From the NCBI RefSeq assembly GCF_006345805.1, contig NC_043009.1, positions 63,860,001 to 63,924,000 on the forward strand: DNA of 64,000 nt, given 5' to 3'. A program made the position numbers and the translations under genes. Of this stretch, positions 11,311 through 23,062 are shown piece after piece. A model generated the notes under the pieces. That model ran no database searches. It was given only the letters and a program-made list of their open reading frames with translations, and was not told the DNA's origin. Every line of letters begins with the position of its first letter. The first letter of the stretch is position 1. The stretch comes from Octopus sinensis. Its lineage: Eukaryota.

Positions 11311-12097
11311 AGACTTACACTCAACAGCAGTGCTGGGTGGAATTCTATTCAACAAACCTGACAGTAGAATGGCAGAAATTTAAAGAGGGTGGAGTAGATT
11401 GATGTGCAGGAGATACCTTGGTAAGGTAACTGACAGGAAGAGAGAGAAAGAGAGAAAGAGAGAGAGAGAGGTGTTACAAGAGCGAAGAAAGCAGAACACA
11501 AGTGTTGTGATGACGGAAATGTAATTTAAATTGGTTTAGTGACATTCGTGTGGATATGAGGAATGAGAAATATCTGCAGAAAAGATTAAGGAACGAAAGG
11601 GGCCAGGGTGGAGGAGGGGGGTGAAATGAATCATTATAGAGTTCGGCAAAGGCAGAACTAGGACAAATTAGTGAAGAGAGATTAAGTTAAGGTGGATAAG
11701 GGATTAAAGGGTCATTGATTATTAATTAGCAAGGAATTGGAAAATTTTTAAAAGGTTTCCAAAGAGGGAGAAATCAGGAATAAAGCTAGAAGGAGTTGAG
11801 GGAACATTTTGGTAACTTCTATCATAAATTTGATTCCTTGTACGTGTCTGCAGGGTAGATTGTTGTGTATTGAGTATTTCTCACAAATACCCCTTTTCCA
11901 CCCACCCAGAATGTACTGGTGGGTGGGTGAGAGGTTAAGAAGTCCCTTTTGAAACTACATGGTTTTGAGTTCTGACTCACTGTGTGGCACCTTGGACAAG
12001 TGCCATCTACTATAGCCTCAGACAAGCCAATGCCTTGTGAATGAATTTGGTAGATGGAAATTCTGTGGCAGATCATCACGCTTGTATATATATATAT

Positions 12098-12500
12098 AGG
12101 AGTGGCTGTGTGGTAAGTAGCTTGCTTACCAACCACATGGTTCCGGGTTCAGTCCCACTGCGTGGCACCTTGGGTAAGTGTCTTCTACTATACCCTCGGG
12201 CCGACCAAAGCCTTGTGAGTGGATTTGGTAGATGGAAACTGGGAAAAGCCCATTGTATATATGTATATGTGTATATATATGTGTGTGTGTGTGTATGTTT
12301 GTGTGTCTGTATTTGTCCCACCAACATCGCTTGACAACCAATGCTGGTGTGTTTACTTCCCTGTAACTTAGCAGTTTGACAAAAGCAACTGAGAGAATTA
12401 GTACTAGGCTTACGATGAATAAGTCCTAGGGGTCGATTTGCTCGACTAAAGGTGGTACTCCAGCATGGCCACTGCCAAATGACTGAAACAAATAAAAGAA
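12098..12500 (+). mobile_element. Full-length tRNA-derived SINE-C
   Basis: GGAGTGGCTGTGTGGTAAG (A-box), GGTTCAGTCCC (B-box), conserved GTGAGTGGATTTGGTAGATGGAAACTG domain, internal (TA)(TG) repeat, TGACTGAAACAAATAAAAGA tail. Confidence 0.9.
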
Positions 12501-12796
12501 TATATATTAAAAATGGGGAAGGCCAGTTTATGGGATTACCTTGGGTTTCCCGTCCATAAAGGGTTTAGCTTTATGGCGTATCATAAGATCCCAAAACCCT
12601 GTTGACCCATGACTTCTTAAAAATATTGGTCATGGGCCAACAGGTCTTTGGGATCTGACAATATGCCATAAAACTAAACCCTATATGGACGGGAGACCCA
12701 AAGTAGTCCCTTAAATCGGCCTTCCCCATTTTTAATATATACTGCTCTACATCTTAGAGTGTGCTTCTTCTTTCGGATTTGTTTTTTACAAACAAT
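12501..12796. mobile_element. Unclassified fold-back element (about 113-bp arms) plus asymmetric about 55-bp tail
   Basis: TATATATTAAAAATGGGGAAGGCC...GGCCTTCCCCATTTTTAATATATA then CTGCTCTACATCTTAGAGTGTGCTTCT; related copy at 32259-32421. Confidence 0.75.
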
Positions 12797-12813
12797 ATAT
12801 ATATATATATATA

Positions 12814-12877
<64 letters not shown>

Positions 12878-13104
12878 TGTGTGTGTGTGTGTGTATGTGT
12901 GTGTGTGTGAATATATATATAATGAACTCTTCTGCCGTTAGACGACGCATGAGAGTTCGACAATTTCTTACCAAACAACCACACAACATGATTTGTTTTT
13001 AGTGATCAAATGTTTGTGTAGACATAAGCTCACTCTCTCCATCAGATTGACTTTACCTGTACAGGTGCAACTGGGTGCCCACATGTCAGATGAGAAAATG
13101 ATTA

Positions 13105-13225
13105 CAGGGCAATGTGAAATGAAATGCTTTGCTCAAGAACATGATGCAACACCCGGTCTGGGAATCGAACCCACGATCTTGCAATCATGAGTGCAACACC
13201 TTAACCACTTAGCCATGCACCTTCA
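13105..13225 (-). mobile_element. SINE-B 5' fragment
   Basis: GCTCAAGAAC...GGGAATCGAACCC...AACCACTTAGCCATGCACC. Confidence 0.75.
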
Positions 13226-13449
13226 TATGGATATATTATATATGTCCATACTTAAGTACCTCTCCTCCGTTGCATTCATGAGCAAACACATTTTTTGTTC
13301 TGATTACTTTTAACGAGTGACTTGCACTGAACCAGCCTCTCTCATACATTAATATTTCATAAATATGTTGGTTAAAACTATATAATTAAGATATTAGCTT
13401 CACTCTATAAATTTTAGCAGCTGTCACACCATAATCTGAGTTCTTAATA

Positions 13450-14075
13450 TCATGGATATTTAAACAAGAAGATATAATTATAGCTTGGAAGTTCTGCATA
13501 GCGCTTGGTCAGTCTACTGTCGGTAAAACAGATATAAGTAAGACTTCTTGCTGAACAGATTATGATATTATTTGGATTAATTTTACTTAAAGGAAAATAA
13601 ATCTTGCAGAGATGATAATCCTCTAAGTAGTTCAGATACAACAGTACTTCTTAATAGGGCAATAATTCCTTCCTGTTTAATCTGAAGAACTGGTAAAGTG
13701 TCTGTATAGATTTTCAGATGTTTTGAGGCTGAGAGCAGAATAATTGGTGGAGGTGGGCGTGGTTTGGTATAAAATATTAATTGTTAGAGGATTATTGTTG
13801 AAGAGAGAACATAGTTATGGAGGGAGTTCCAGAGATAGGGACCACTGGGGGTGGGGGAAGGAGTGTAATGGTATCCAGGACAGGGGTTGCAATGAATGAA
13901 ACATTTTGAGGAAATGAGGTGAGAGAATATAGGAAAGATGGAATGGGATGAGATGTGATGAAAGTAGGTCAAACATAACAAAATGCTTGTGAGAGAAAGT
14001 TTGGATCTCATAGATACAAAGTATTGGGTGAAAATGGGGAGTTGGGTGTACTTTTGTAGACGGGTTTAGTAGAAA
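13450..14075 (-). mobile_element. Penelope-like element RT/thumb remnant
   Basis: Minus frame IFYTKPRPPPPIILLSASKHLKIYTDTLPVLQ resembles the PLE thumb motif YxKPT..YL..xSxH....xLPxSQ; interrupted by stops. Confidence 0.5.
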
Positions 14076-14199
14076 ACAGAATGCACACACACTCACACAC
14101 ACACATTCAAATGACTATTCGCACCAATTTATATACACATACAAACACACATATACAAACATATATCAGCCCATTTGTTTCTCTTCTGGTCATTTCAAC

Positions 14200-14400
14200 A
14201 TGCAGTAACAGTAACAGTTTAATTGAAACACACTTCTTCTTTTTCCTCTATTTTTCTATCCTTTCTGAAGAAGAGCATAGGCTCAAAACATTAACAACTT
14301 CTTCCAATTTTCCTGAGCACAAAAACCTAATACACCTCTTTGTTGTTTTTTTACTTCATCTTCATGTTTTTTTATATTTTTGTACCATATATATACATAT
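14200..14400 (+). mobile_element. Penelope-like terminal repeat with minimal hammerhead-like motif
   Basis: CTGAAGA-A-GAGC-ATAG-GCTC-AAAAC-ATT at 14265-14292; downstream sequence shared with 51925-52026. Confidence 0.55.
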
Positions 14401-15719
14401 ATATAGTAGTATAATATAAACAAAAAATATAAAGAATTGAATGGAAACATCTATACAGACTACTAGGACTTCATGATGTGTATAGTATTGGTATCTTTTA
14501 AACACTAATTCTAATGCAAGGAGACCAATTCCAGTAAATTCACATACATAGATAAATCAGATAAAGCCAGGATGTAAGACATCTCTGGAAAGAGCAATCA
14601 CTTTCTTTACAAAACCTCATAGATATATATATATGGTGGGATGATGATGTGAGGAGGAGGATAGATGTATGCATGTATTTACGCACATATGCATTCAAGT
14701 ATACTTTAAGCCCTAGAATTTCTGTAAGTGTAAATGCATGACAATGCCGGCCAACTCTCTTAAGACTTCCTCAAGTATACTTCTGTGAATTCAAATGTTT
14801 ATTTTGTCAATGAACGCCATTAAATAAATGTTAGTTTTACTTTACAGTTTTAAAAAGTAAGACACAACGACATAGTGAAGCTGCTTTGTATTCCTCTCGG
14901 AAACCCAGTCTAGTATTCTAATATAACATTCTGATATTGACTTAGTAATATCAAATGACTACAGTGTTGCTCAAAGGTGAGATGGAAACTAACAAATTAC
15001 ACCAAATAAGACTTTGAACTAAAAATGTTATGTGTCACAATTGTGGCTGCGTTGGTGCCATGGGGAGCTGGTAAATGGAGACGTATTTTGTTGGTTGTGT
15101 GAATCATAACTGAAGCATGCTCGCAAACATTGAACTGAAATATTTATTGCTGAACATAAAAATATTGAGTGTTGGCTATTTATAATGAACAACATAAATA
15201 TTTGTCGACTGGGAAAGAAACAAACAGCTCTGAAATTATAGAAAGTTGTCCGTGTGGCAATGTGGTTGGCCCAAAAATATACCAAGTCAAACACACAAAT
15301 GGCAACAGAGGTCTTTGTAATGGATAAAAGAGTCGAGTCCTTGCAATATTATATTTTCAAATGAGCCATTAGCCAGTCTATTTACAAAGGGGTCAGTCAG
15401 ATTATTTAGAAGGCATTTTCAGTTCTCCACAAGTATTCCACAGTTTTAGAAAGATGAAATTTCCTCAGTGGATAAAGTGTTTAAAGGTCTCTTTGGTTTG
15501 CATTACTGTGTGAGCACTTGATGCTATGTTGTCTAAGAAAGAGTAACGAACAGTAATTTTATACACATTGAAATTTTTTATGTACGTCTGCTGAGAAAGT
15601 GTTCTCTAAATAGAGACAAAATGGTTCTGATTTTCCTGGAAGCCTCCCAGCTGATCGGAGAGTTGACCCACGAAATATTCCTTGGCTGTCTGCCCTTGGC
15701 CACCAAACCTTGGCTGTCA

Positions 15720-15879
15720 AGCCATCGACTCCAGTGTTTCACTGGTACTCATTTTAGCAATCCCAAAAGGATGAAAGGCAAAGTCGACCTCAGTGGAATT
15801 TAAACACAGAACATAGCGAGAGGCAAAATACCACAAAGCATTTCGTCCAGCGTGCTAATGGCTCTGCCAGCTTGCCACC

Positions 15880-15911
<32 letters not shown>

Positions 15912-16470
15912 CATTTAACATCCGTTTTCCATGCTGGCATGGGTTGGATGGTTTGACTGAGGTCTGGAGAGCCAGCGGCTGCACCAGGCTCCAATCTGAT
16001 CTGGCAATGTTTCTACAGCTGGGTGCCCAATAATAATAATGCTTTCTACTAAAGGCACAAGGCCTGAAATTTCGTAAGAGGGGGACTAGTCTATTACATC
16101 GACCCCCAGCGTTTCACTGGTACTTATTTTATCAAACCCAAAAGGATGAAAGGAAAAGTCGACCTTGGTGGAATTTGAACTCAGAATGTAAAGAAATGCC
16201 ATTAAGCATTTCGCCTACCATGCTAACGATTCTGCCAGCTCCACTGCCTCATATAGTAATAATATTAATAATAATGCTTTCTATTATAGGCATGAGGCCT
16301 GACATTTTAGGGAAGGAGTTAGTCAATTACATTGACCCCCAGTACATTGAGCCCGAAAGGATGAAAGGCAAATCTGACTTGGCAGGATTGGAACTCAGAA
16401 CATAAAAACAGACAAAATGCTGCTAAGCATTTTGCCCATCATGCTAACGATTCTGCTAGTTCACTGCCTT
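15720..16470 (-). mobile_element. Cluster of three SINE-D copies with a short RTE tail fragment (15905-16030)
   Basis: Three GGATGAAAGG(C/A)AA..GACC..GG..TT..AAC.CAGAA blocks and heads CTGCCAGCT; two carry the alternative tail GCACAAGGCCTGAAATTT. Confidence 0.8.
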
Positions 16471-16474
16471 AAGT

Positions 16475-16510
<36 letters not shown>

Positions 16511-16537
16511 CGACGACAATGATGGTGATGGTGATGG

Positions 16538-16595
<58 letters not shown>

Positions 16596-16621
16596 GATGA
16601 TGCTGATGCTGATGGTGATGG

Positions 16622-16658
<37 letters not shown>

Positions 16659-16690
16659 AATGATAATGATGATGATGATGCTGATGAATT
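16470..16690. repeat. (GAT)n microsatellite
   Basis: Direct reading. Confidence 0.95.
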
Positions 16691-16905
16691 GGAAGTTATC
16701 AATAAAGAAAAGAAGGAATATATTATTGATCTATAATTTTAGTTAAACCCCAAAGAATAAAAGAAAAATCGATTTTCCATTGGAATTTCTGAATAAGTAA
16801 CGTTCATTCGTTTATAAGAGGAACCCAACGCCACCAGTAATACCACCACCCTTCACTAAATAAATACTAAAATCTAAAAATTGGTGCATATGTCCTGAAA
16901 TTCAG

Positions 16906-16997
16906 ATTGAAAATAGATTCAGTGATTGGAACGAGACTAGAAAAGGATTTTGAGAAGTTTTGCTTTGGGCAGAATTCATTACAGGAAGCAATAAATG
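16906..16997 (+). other. Candidate 92-nt coding exon (LKIDSVIGTRLEKDFEKFCFGQNSLQEAIN)
   Basis: TTCAG acceptor (weak pyrimidine tract), strong ATG|GTAAGC donor, one open frame; no homology recognised. Confidence 0.25.
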
Positions 16998-17047
16998 GTA
17001 AGCATGTTTTTATTTGTAGAAAGAGAGAGAGAGAGAGGGAGAGAGAG

Positions 17048-17079
<32 letters not shown>

Positions 17080-17289
17080 GGAGATCAGACACAGAAGAAT
17101 ACCATTGAATAGGAACTTGCAGTAAATTTCCATTAGTGTTTGTGGTTCCAGTGAATATTAATAAACCATAAGAACCATATATTTTAATTTGCAACAATGT
17201 TACCGAAATAGTTACGGGTAAAAGAATGCAAGGCAGGCGTCCATGAACCAAAGTGTCGTTGTCCTTATCATCGCAGCCACCAACACCAC

Positions 17290-17770
17290 CACTGCAACCA
17301 TTGCTACCATCATCGTCGTCATTGTCGTGATCATCATCATCCTCATCATCATCATCATCACGATCATCGTCATCATCATTGTCGCCACCATCGTCATCGT
17401 TGTCATCATCATCATTGTCGTCGTCATCATCATTATCATTGTCATGATCATGATCATCATCATCATAATCATCATCATCATCATCATCATTGTCGTCGTT
17501 ATCATTGTCATCGTCGTCATTATCATCATCGTCACCATCATCATCATCATCGTCACCATCATTGTCATCATCATAGTCGTCATTGTTGCTGTCATTGTCA
17601 TCATCATCATCATCATCATCACCACCACTGCCATCATCATCAGCAGCACCATCACCATCACCATTATCATCATCATCATCATCGTCATCATCATCACCAC
17701 CACTATTGTTGTCGTTGTTGTCATCATTATCATTATTATCATCATCGTCGTCATCATCATCATTATCTCG
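17290..17770. repeat. Degenerate (CAT)n array adjoining an old RTE-type tail (17770-17830)
   Basis: Direct reading; followed by TTCACTTTTCCATGCTTACAGGGGTCAGATGG. Confidence 0.85.
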
Positions 17771-17994
17771 TAAGGTTCACTTTTCCATGCTTACAGGGGT
17801 CAGATGGAATTTGTTGAGGCAACTGGAGATAAGGTCAGACAAATGTCATGCTGATGATGCCTATCAAGGCAGAAACATATCCCCAGCTGTCCTCATATCT
17901 CCAGACTATAAACCTGTCCCCTTTCCTTAATGGCATATCAATCTTTGATTCTTGATATTATCTCTCCTCCTCCTCCTCATAAAGAGCTGCTTCT

Positions 17995-18600
17995 AACCCT
18001 TTAGCATTTAAACTGGCCATATCCGGCCCAGATATACAATCTGTTTTATGTTCAAACTGGCCAGATCTGACTTCTCACACCAACCCTACAATGTCATTCT
18101 AAAATTTACAATCACATCACTGAAATCTCATTGCTATGAGATAATGCATGATTAATTCAAAAGCGCTATACTGGCACTTGTGCCCGTGCTAGTAGGGTGC
18201 CAAGAGCGCCATCTGAGCGTTATCGTTGCCAGAGCGACTAACTGGTTTCCATGTCGGTGGCACGTAAAAGGCACCATTCGAGCGTGATCATTACCAGCGT
18301 CGCCTTACTGGCACATGTGCAAAAAGATTCAAGCGAGGTCGTTGCCAGTACCACCTGACTGGCCCCGCGCCGGTGGCACGTAAAAAGGACCCACTACACT
18401 CTCGGAGTGGTTGGCGTTAGGAAGGGCATCAAGCCGTAGAAACTCTGCCAGATCAAGATTGGAGCCTGGTGCAGCCATCTGGTTCGCCAGACCTCAGTCA
18501 AACTGTCCAACTCATGCTAGTATGGAAAGCGGACGCTAAATGATGATGATGATGATGAGAATGATGAATTTGACAGAGTAATCTCAATGACAAAGGCTTA
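17995..18600 (+). mobile_element. piggyBac-like MITE interrupted by an RTE 3' fragment (18165-18560)
   Basis: Left end TAACCCTTTAGCATT, right end GACAAAGGCTTAA; RTE UTR with GTGCC..GGCAC units and (GAT)n tail lies between. Confidence 0.55.
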
Positions 18601-19557
18601 AGCTGACCATTGATAAATGATACATCCTCTAATCACAGAGATAAGCTTAATAAATCAAGAATCCATGTTGTCTGGTATTTGATATACCTGTATTTTTCTC
18701 TGGTCACTCTGTATCATTTCTCTTCATTTTTGTTTAATATATAAGTCGTTTGGCAGCAATGTCTATTGGCTTATTAATCTTAATTAATCTCTATTTACAC
18801 ACCTAAGTTTGGTTATTCCTTACGTGATTATTATTTTCCAGTTCTTGTATTTGCAATGAGTGTTTTCAGCAATGTTCAATAACATCTCTTCCAAAAGATT
18901 TCGCTTGTTTTAATGATTCAGGTTTCTTTCTGTTCTATGGTTCTTTGGGTACATTCATACATACACATACTCGTGTGTGTGTATTTGTGTGTGTGTATGT
19001 GTGTGTGTGCGTGCGTATATGTGTGTGTGTATGTGCATATGTATGTACATATGAACGTTTATGTATGTATGCATGAATGTCTATGTATGTGTGTACATAT
19101 ATATGTATGTATGCATTATATATGTATGTATGGATGTATTCATATATATATGTATGAATATATGTATGTGTATGTATATATACATATATATATTATACAT
19201 ATATATTTATATACATACATATATATATATATGTCTGTATATATGTGTGTGTATATATATATATATACTTATAATCAAAATAAGCAACAAGGATATCCTT
19301 GTTGCTTATTTTGATTTTAATCACCTTATTTTGAAATTGCATGGATAATACTGCACTAAATTCTGGTACCTCAACTTAAGTACCATATTCAGCTGAATCT
19401 AAATTTTTACTGAACTCATCTACCATACCCTAACGATATATAGACTTATATATATGTGTGTGTGTATGTATATATATATATGTATTATGTATGTGTGTGT
19501 ATATATGTATGTGTATGTGTGTGTGTACGTATGTATATATGTATGCATGTATGTATA

Positions 19558-19755
19558 TCATCATCATCATCGTTTAATGTCTGTTTTCCATGCTGGCATG
19601 GGTTGGACAGTTTGACTGAGGTCTGGAAAGCCAGCAGCTGCACCAGGCTCAAATCTGATCTGGCAATCTTTCTACAGCTGGATGCCCTTCGTAACACCAA
19701 CTACTCCAAGAGTGTAGTAGGTGGTTTTTACATGCCACCAGCACAAGACCCAATC
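19558..19755 (-). mobile_element. RTE 3' UTR fragment
   Basis: (CAT)n GTTTAATGTCTGTTTTCCATGCTGGCATGGGTTGG. Confidence 0.8.
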
Positions 19756-19788
19756 TGAGCGAGGTATAAACAGTAGCTGCATGACATT

Positions 19789-20009
19789 GTGAAGTATATT
19801 TGCCACTTGAATGTGGCTAACCACTAAGGGTGGATGCTACAGTAGCTTGTAGCCCCAGGAGGACACCTCCTCCAGCTGGCTATTGACACACTTTCAGGAC
19901 ATAGTAAGTGTGTCAATACCCAGCTGGAGGAGGTGTCCTCCTGGGGCTACAAGCTACATAGCATCCACCCTTAGGGGTTAACCACATTCAAGTGGCAAAT
20001 GTACTTCAC
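19789..20009. mobile_element. Palindromic MITE (about 100-bp arms)
   Basis: GTGAAGTATATTTGCCACTTGAATGTGG...TATTGACACACTT / AAGTGTGTCAATA...CCACATTCAAGTGGCAAATGTACTTCAC. Confidence 0.8.
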
Positions 20010-20049
20010 GACTTATGTGTGTGTGTGTGTGTGTGCATTTCTGTGTGTA

Positions 20050-20225
20050 ATATATAGGTATGTATTCATCTGTCTTTACATTCTGAGTTCAATTCCACCA
20101 AGGTTGACTTTGCCTTTCATCCTCTTGGGGTCGATAAAATAAGTAACAGTTGCATACTAGGGTCGATCTAATCGACTGTTCCCCTCCCCCAAAATTTCGG
20201 GCCTCGTGCCTGGAGTAGTAATGAA
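20050..20225 (+). mobile_element. 5'-truncated SINE-D with alternative (D2) tail
   Basis: TTCTGAGTTCAATTCC...CTTTGCCTTTCATCCTCTTGGGGTCGATAAAATAAGTA...GGCCTCGTGCCTGGAGTAG. Confidence 0.8.
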
Positions 20226-20259
20226 TATGTATGTATGTATGTAAGTATGTATGTATGTA

Positions 20260-20290
<31 letters not shown>

Positions 20291-21276
20291 ATGTATGTAT
20301 GTATGTATGTGTATGTATGTATGTATGTATGTGTGTATGTGTGTATGTATGTGTGTGTGTATGTATGTATGTATGTGTGTGTGTGTATGTATGTATGTAT
20401 GAGCGGGTGGATGGAAGAAGAAGTGCACAGTCCCTTGAGGTCTTTCTTCTTTTTCCTTTTAAGACTAAAGGGTGTGATTTGAGAAGAATTTAGGCAGGTG
20501 GTGGTGGTGGCGGCGGTGGCGGTGGCGGTGGCGGCGACGGTGGCGGTGGCGGCGGTGGTGGGTAAGAGCTGTTAAGTATGGTGGCATTTGGAGACAGGCT
20601 TTCGTCAATCAGCGTGTGACGGGGGTTGAATGAAGAATAAATGTTTTGTATTTTTGTTATTATATATATATATAATTTTAATGTTCTTATGCTAGCTGTG
20701 ATCGACTCAGGATCTATTTCTTCCCCCACAATCGAAAGCATACAACAGACCTCAGCAGCAGCATCAGCAGCAGTATATGAGGTTATTCTCAAAAATTTAA
20801 TATTAACAAGAAAAAAAGCAACAGAAAGTATCTTATCGGGTTTTCTAGTCAATTTCTGGTTTCACTGAAAGAAAAATATAAATGTGAACCCCATTTGTAA
20901 TGTAAGGGAGGCAACTTCACAAAGACAACTTTGATGTCCCTTTGTTGTGTCAGCAAGATTTTCACCTGAGAGAGAGAGTCTGGACAATATTACTGTCAGT
21001 TGGTCAGCAACATTGATTTCTAAACTTTGTTGCAAGGTTACACATTTATAGAATCGATCTTCAATAATTATAGACGAATCAATAATATTGCTAATTGTTA
21101 TTTTATCTATCCGTAAAAGATGAAATAAAGTGTTTGAGACAACTTTCGACTGTCTGATGTTTGTAATTAAAGGTTTATTATATTTGTCGTTCGCCACGTT
21201 TTTATGAAAGCATTCTGGGACTTTCGTGTTGATAACTGTATTCTATACTCCCATATATGTATTCGTGTGTATGTGT

Positions 21277-21314
<38 letters not shown>

Positions 21315-21354
21315 TTGAGAAAGAGAGAGAGAGATGGATAACTGTAAAGATAAA

Positions 21355-21548
21355 ATAATAATAATGAAATTATTGTATACAGTGCTCAGGTGCACCACAA
21401 CTTGTCAGAAAGTGCATATAAAGTACATGCAGCAATGTAGAAATGTCTGGAAAGTGAACATGCTTGTGTGTGTATGGAGGGGAGAAAATCAAGTGTAGTG
21501 TTGGCGAATCTCAGGAAACATGGAAGTTTTGAAGGATGCAGTGCTCCG
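21355..21548 (-). mobile_element. CR1 LINE 3' end
   Basis: AATAATGAAATTATTGTATACAGTGCTCAGGTGCACC matches 2338-2400. Confidence 0.8.
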
Positions 21549-21879
21549 GTGTTATAGTAAAAGATGGAGCCCATGATGGATTGTAATAGAGACGTGTAAT
21601 GGTAAGAATGGTGGACAATGGTCAACAACATGGAGGAGAAGAAATGATGGCCAGCAGTACAAAAGGGTTATGGAACAGAATATAGTATATGTTGTCTGTT
21701 CCTTCTCGAGCCATGCCTGGCTCATAAGGGCAGGTTTCCTGGTTTCCTTGGCGTATAGGTTCCCCACCTGGACGGTACACCGGCCCATTGCAGGTGAGCT
21801 GCAAGATGCAGGAGGAAAGAGTGAGAGAAAGTTGTGGCAAAAGAGTCAGCAGAAGTTCGCTATTACCGTCTGCCAGAGC

Positions 21880-21995
21880 CACGTGGAACTTAAGTGTTTC
21901 ACTCATAAACACACACATCGTCCGGTCTGAGATTCGAACACACGATCCCTCGACCGTGAGTCCGCTGCTCTAACCACTAGGCCATGTGCCTCCAC
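21880..21995 (-). mobile_element. SINE-B 5' fragment
   Basis: GAGATTCGAAC...CTCTAACCACTAGGCCATGTGCCTCC. Confidence 0.7.
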
Positions 21996-22344
21996 TAATA
22001 TAGTATATGAATACAATTGAGGTGTCCCTCATTACACAGACATCATGATGGAAGAGAGAGATAGAGTGGCAAGGAAGGATTGAATGCAAACAGATCCTAT
22101 GAAAGTCCTTTGTCACACAAACAATATTGTACAATGAATAACAAAGAAAGGGTGAGAGATGGATGAGAGGATAAGGAAGAGGTATGAGCAATAGATGGAG
22201 ACTTCACAGCAACATAATGGGTGAGAGACTCCCTGGTAGATGTATTATGCATCCTAGCCACCATCACTGCTACCATTTTAAGCATTCATTTTTCTGTATT
22301 TGCTTTGATATGTGAGTCTTTCCCAGCACCCCATTTATTACCTG

Positions 22345-22570
22345 TCTTTTGTCAGCATCTTTTGTCATCATCTTTTGACATCATCTTTTGTCAGCATCTT
22401 TTGACATCATCTTTTGACATCATCTTTTGTCAGCATCTTTTGTCATCATCTTTTGACATCATCTTTTGTCAGCATCTTTTGACATCATCTTTTGACATCA
22501 TCTTTTGTCAGCATCTTTTGACATCATCTTTTGTCATCATCTTTTGACATCATCTTTTGTCAGCATCTTT
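22345..22570. repeat. 13-bp minisatellite TCTTTTG(A/T)CA(T/G)CA, about 17 units, 39-bp higher order
   Basis: Direct reading. Confidence 0.9.
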
Positions 22571-22781
22571 CGAGAGATGGTATTTGGAAGGCTCACCATT
22601 TTGAATTCAGTCTTCAGCACATTCCATGTCTTCTTAAGTCTTCCTTTTACCATAGATTCAATCCTCATTGAATGCTTCGCACACACACACACACTGAGGC
22701 TGAATGGGGGTGCATAGTCCACATATAGTTGTCTCAGCAGCAATATTTATTCCCTAAAATAAGGCAGCGAGCTGGCAGAAC

Positions 22782-23062
22782 TATAGTGTACATTCGAGTG
22801 AAATTCCTCTCCTCTTTATTATATATATGTACATATGACCGTAGCAGATAACAGCTAACCTTTGGCCGCTACTCAGACCACTTTGTGTCCATGACTTTGA
22901 TTGGTTGTATGCTGCAGATTGGCATGACAGTGTAAGAAACAAATTGCACCAATATCAACCAATCAGAGTAGTGGACACAATGGGGCCGAAATAGCAACCA
23001 AAGGCTAGCTGTTATCAGCTACATTCCTATGTACGAGGAATTTCACTCGAGTGTACGCTACA
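22782..23062. mobile_element. 281-bp TIR MITE with 4-bp TSD (Ginger-like) inserted in a SINE-D head
   Basis: TATAGTGTACATTCGAGTGAAATTCCTC...GAGGAATTTCACTCGAGTGTACGCTACA flanked by GAAC/GAAC. Confidence 0.75.

Noticed and set aside
13587-13728. Apparent minus-strand exon SKHLKIYTDTLPVLQIKQEG...
   Set aside because: The frame extends upstream into a YTKP..SxH motif typical of Penelope RT thumb; better explained as a TE remnant.
17212-17773. Poly-Met/poly-Ile ORFs (also 16417-16746, 56355-56946)
   Set aside because: (CAT/GAT)n arrays adjoining retroelement tails.
20490-20570. Poly-Pro ORF ends (also 10950-11324, 53170-53270)
   Set aside because: (CCA/CCG)n microsatellites.
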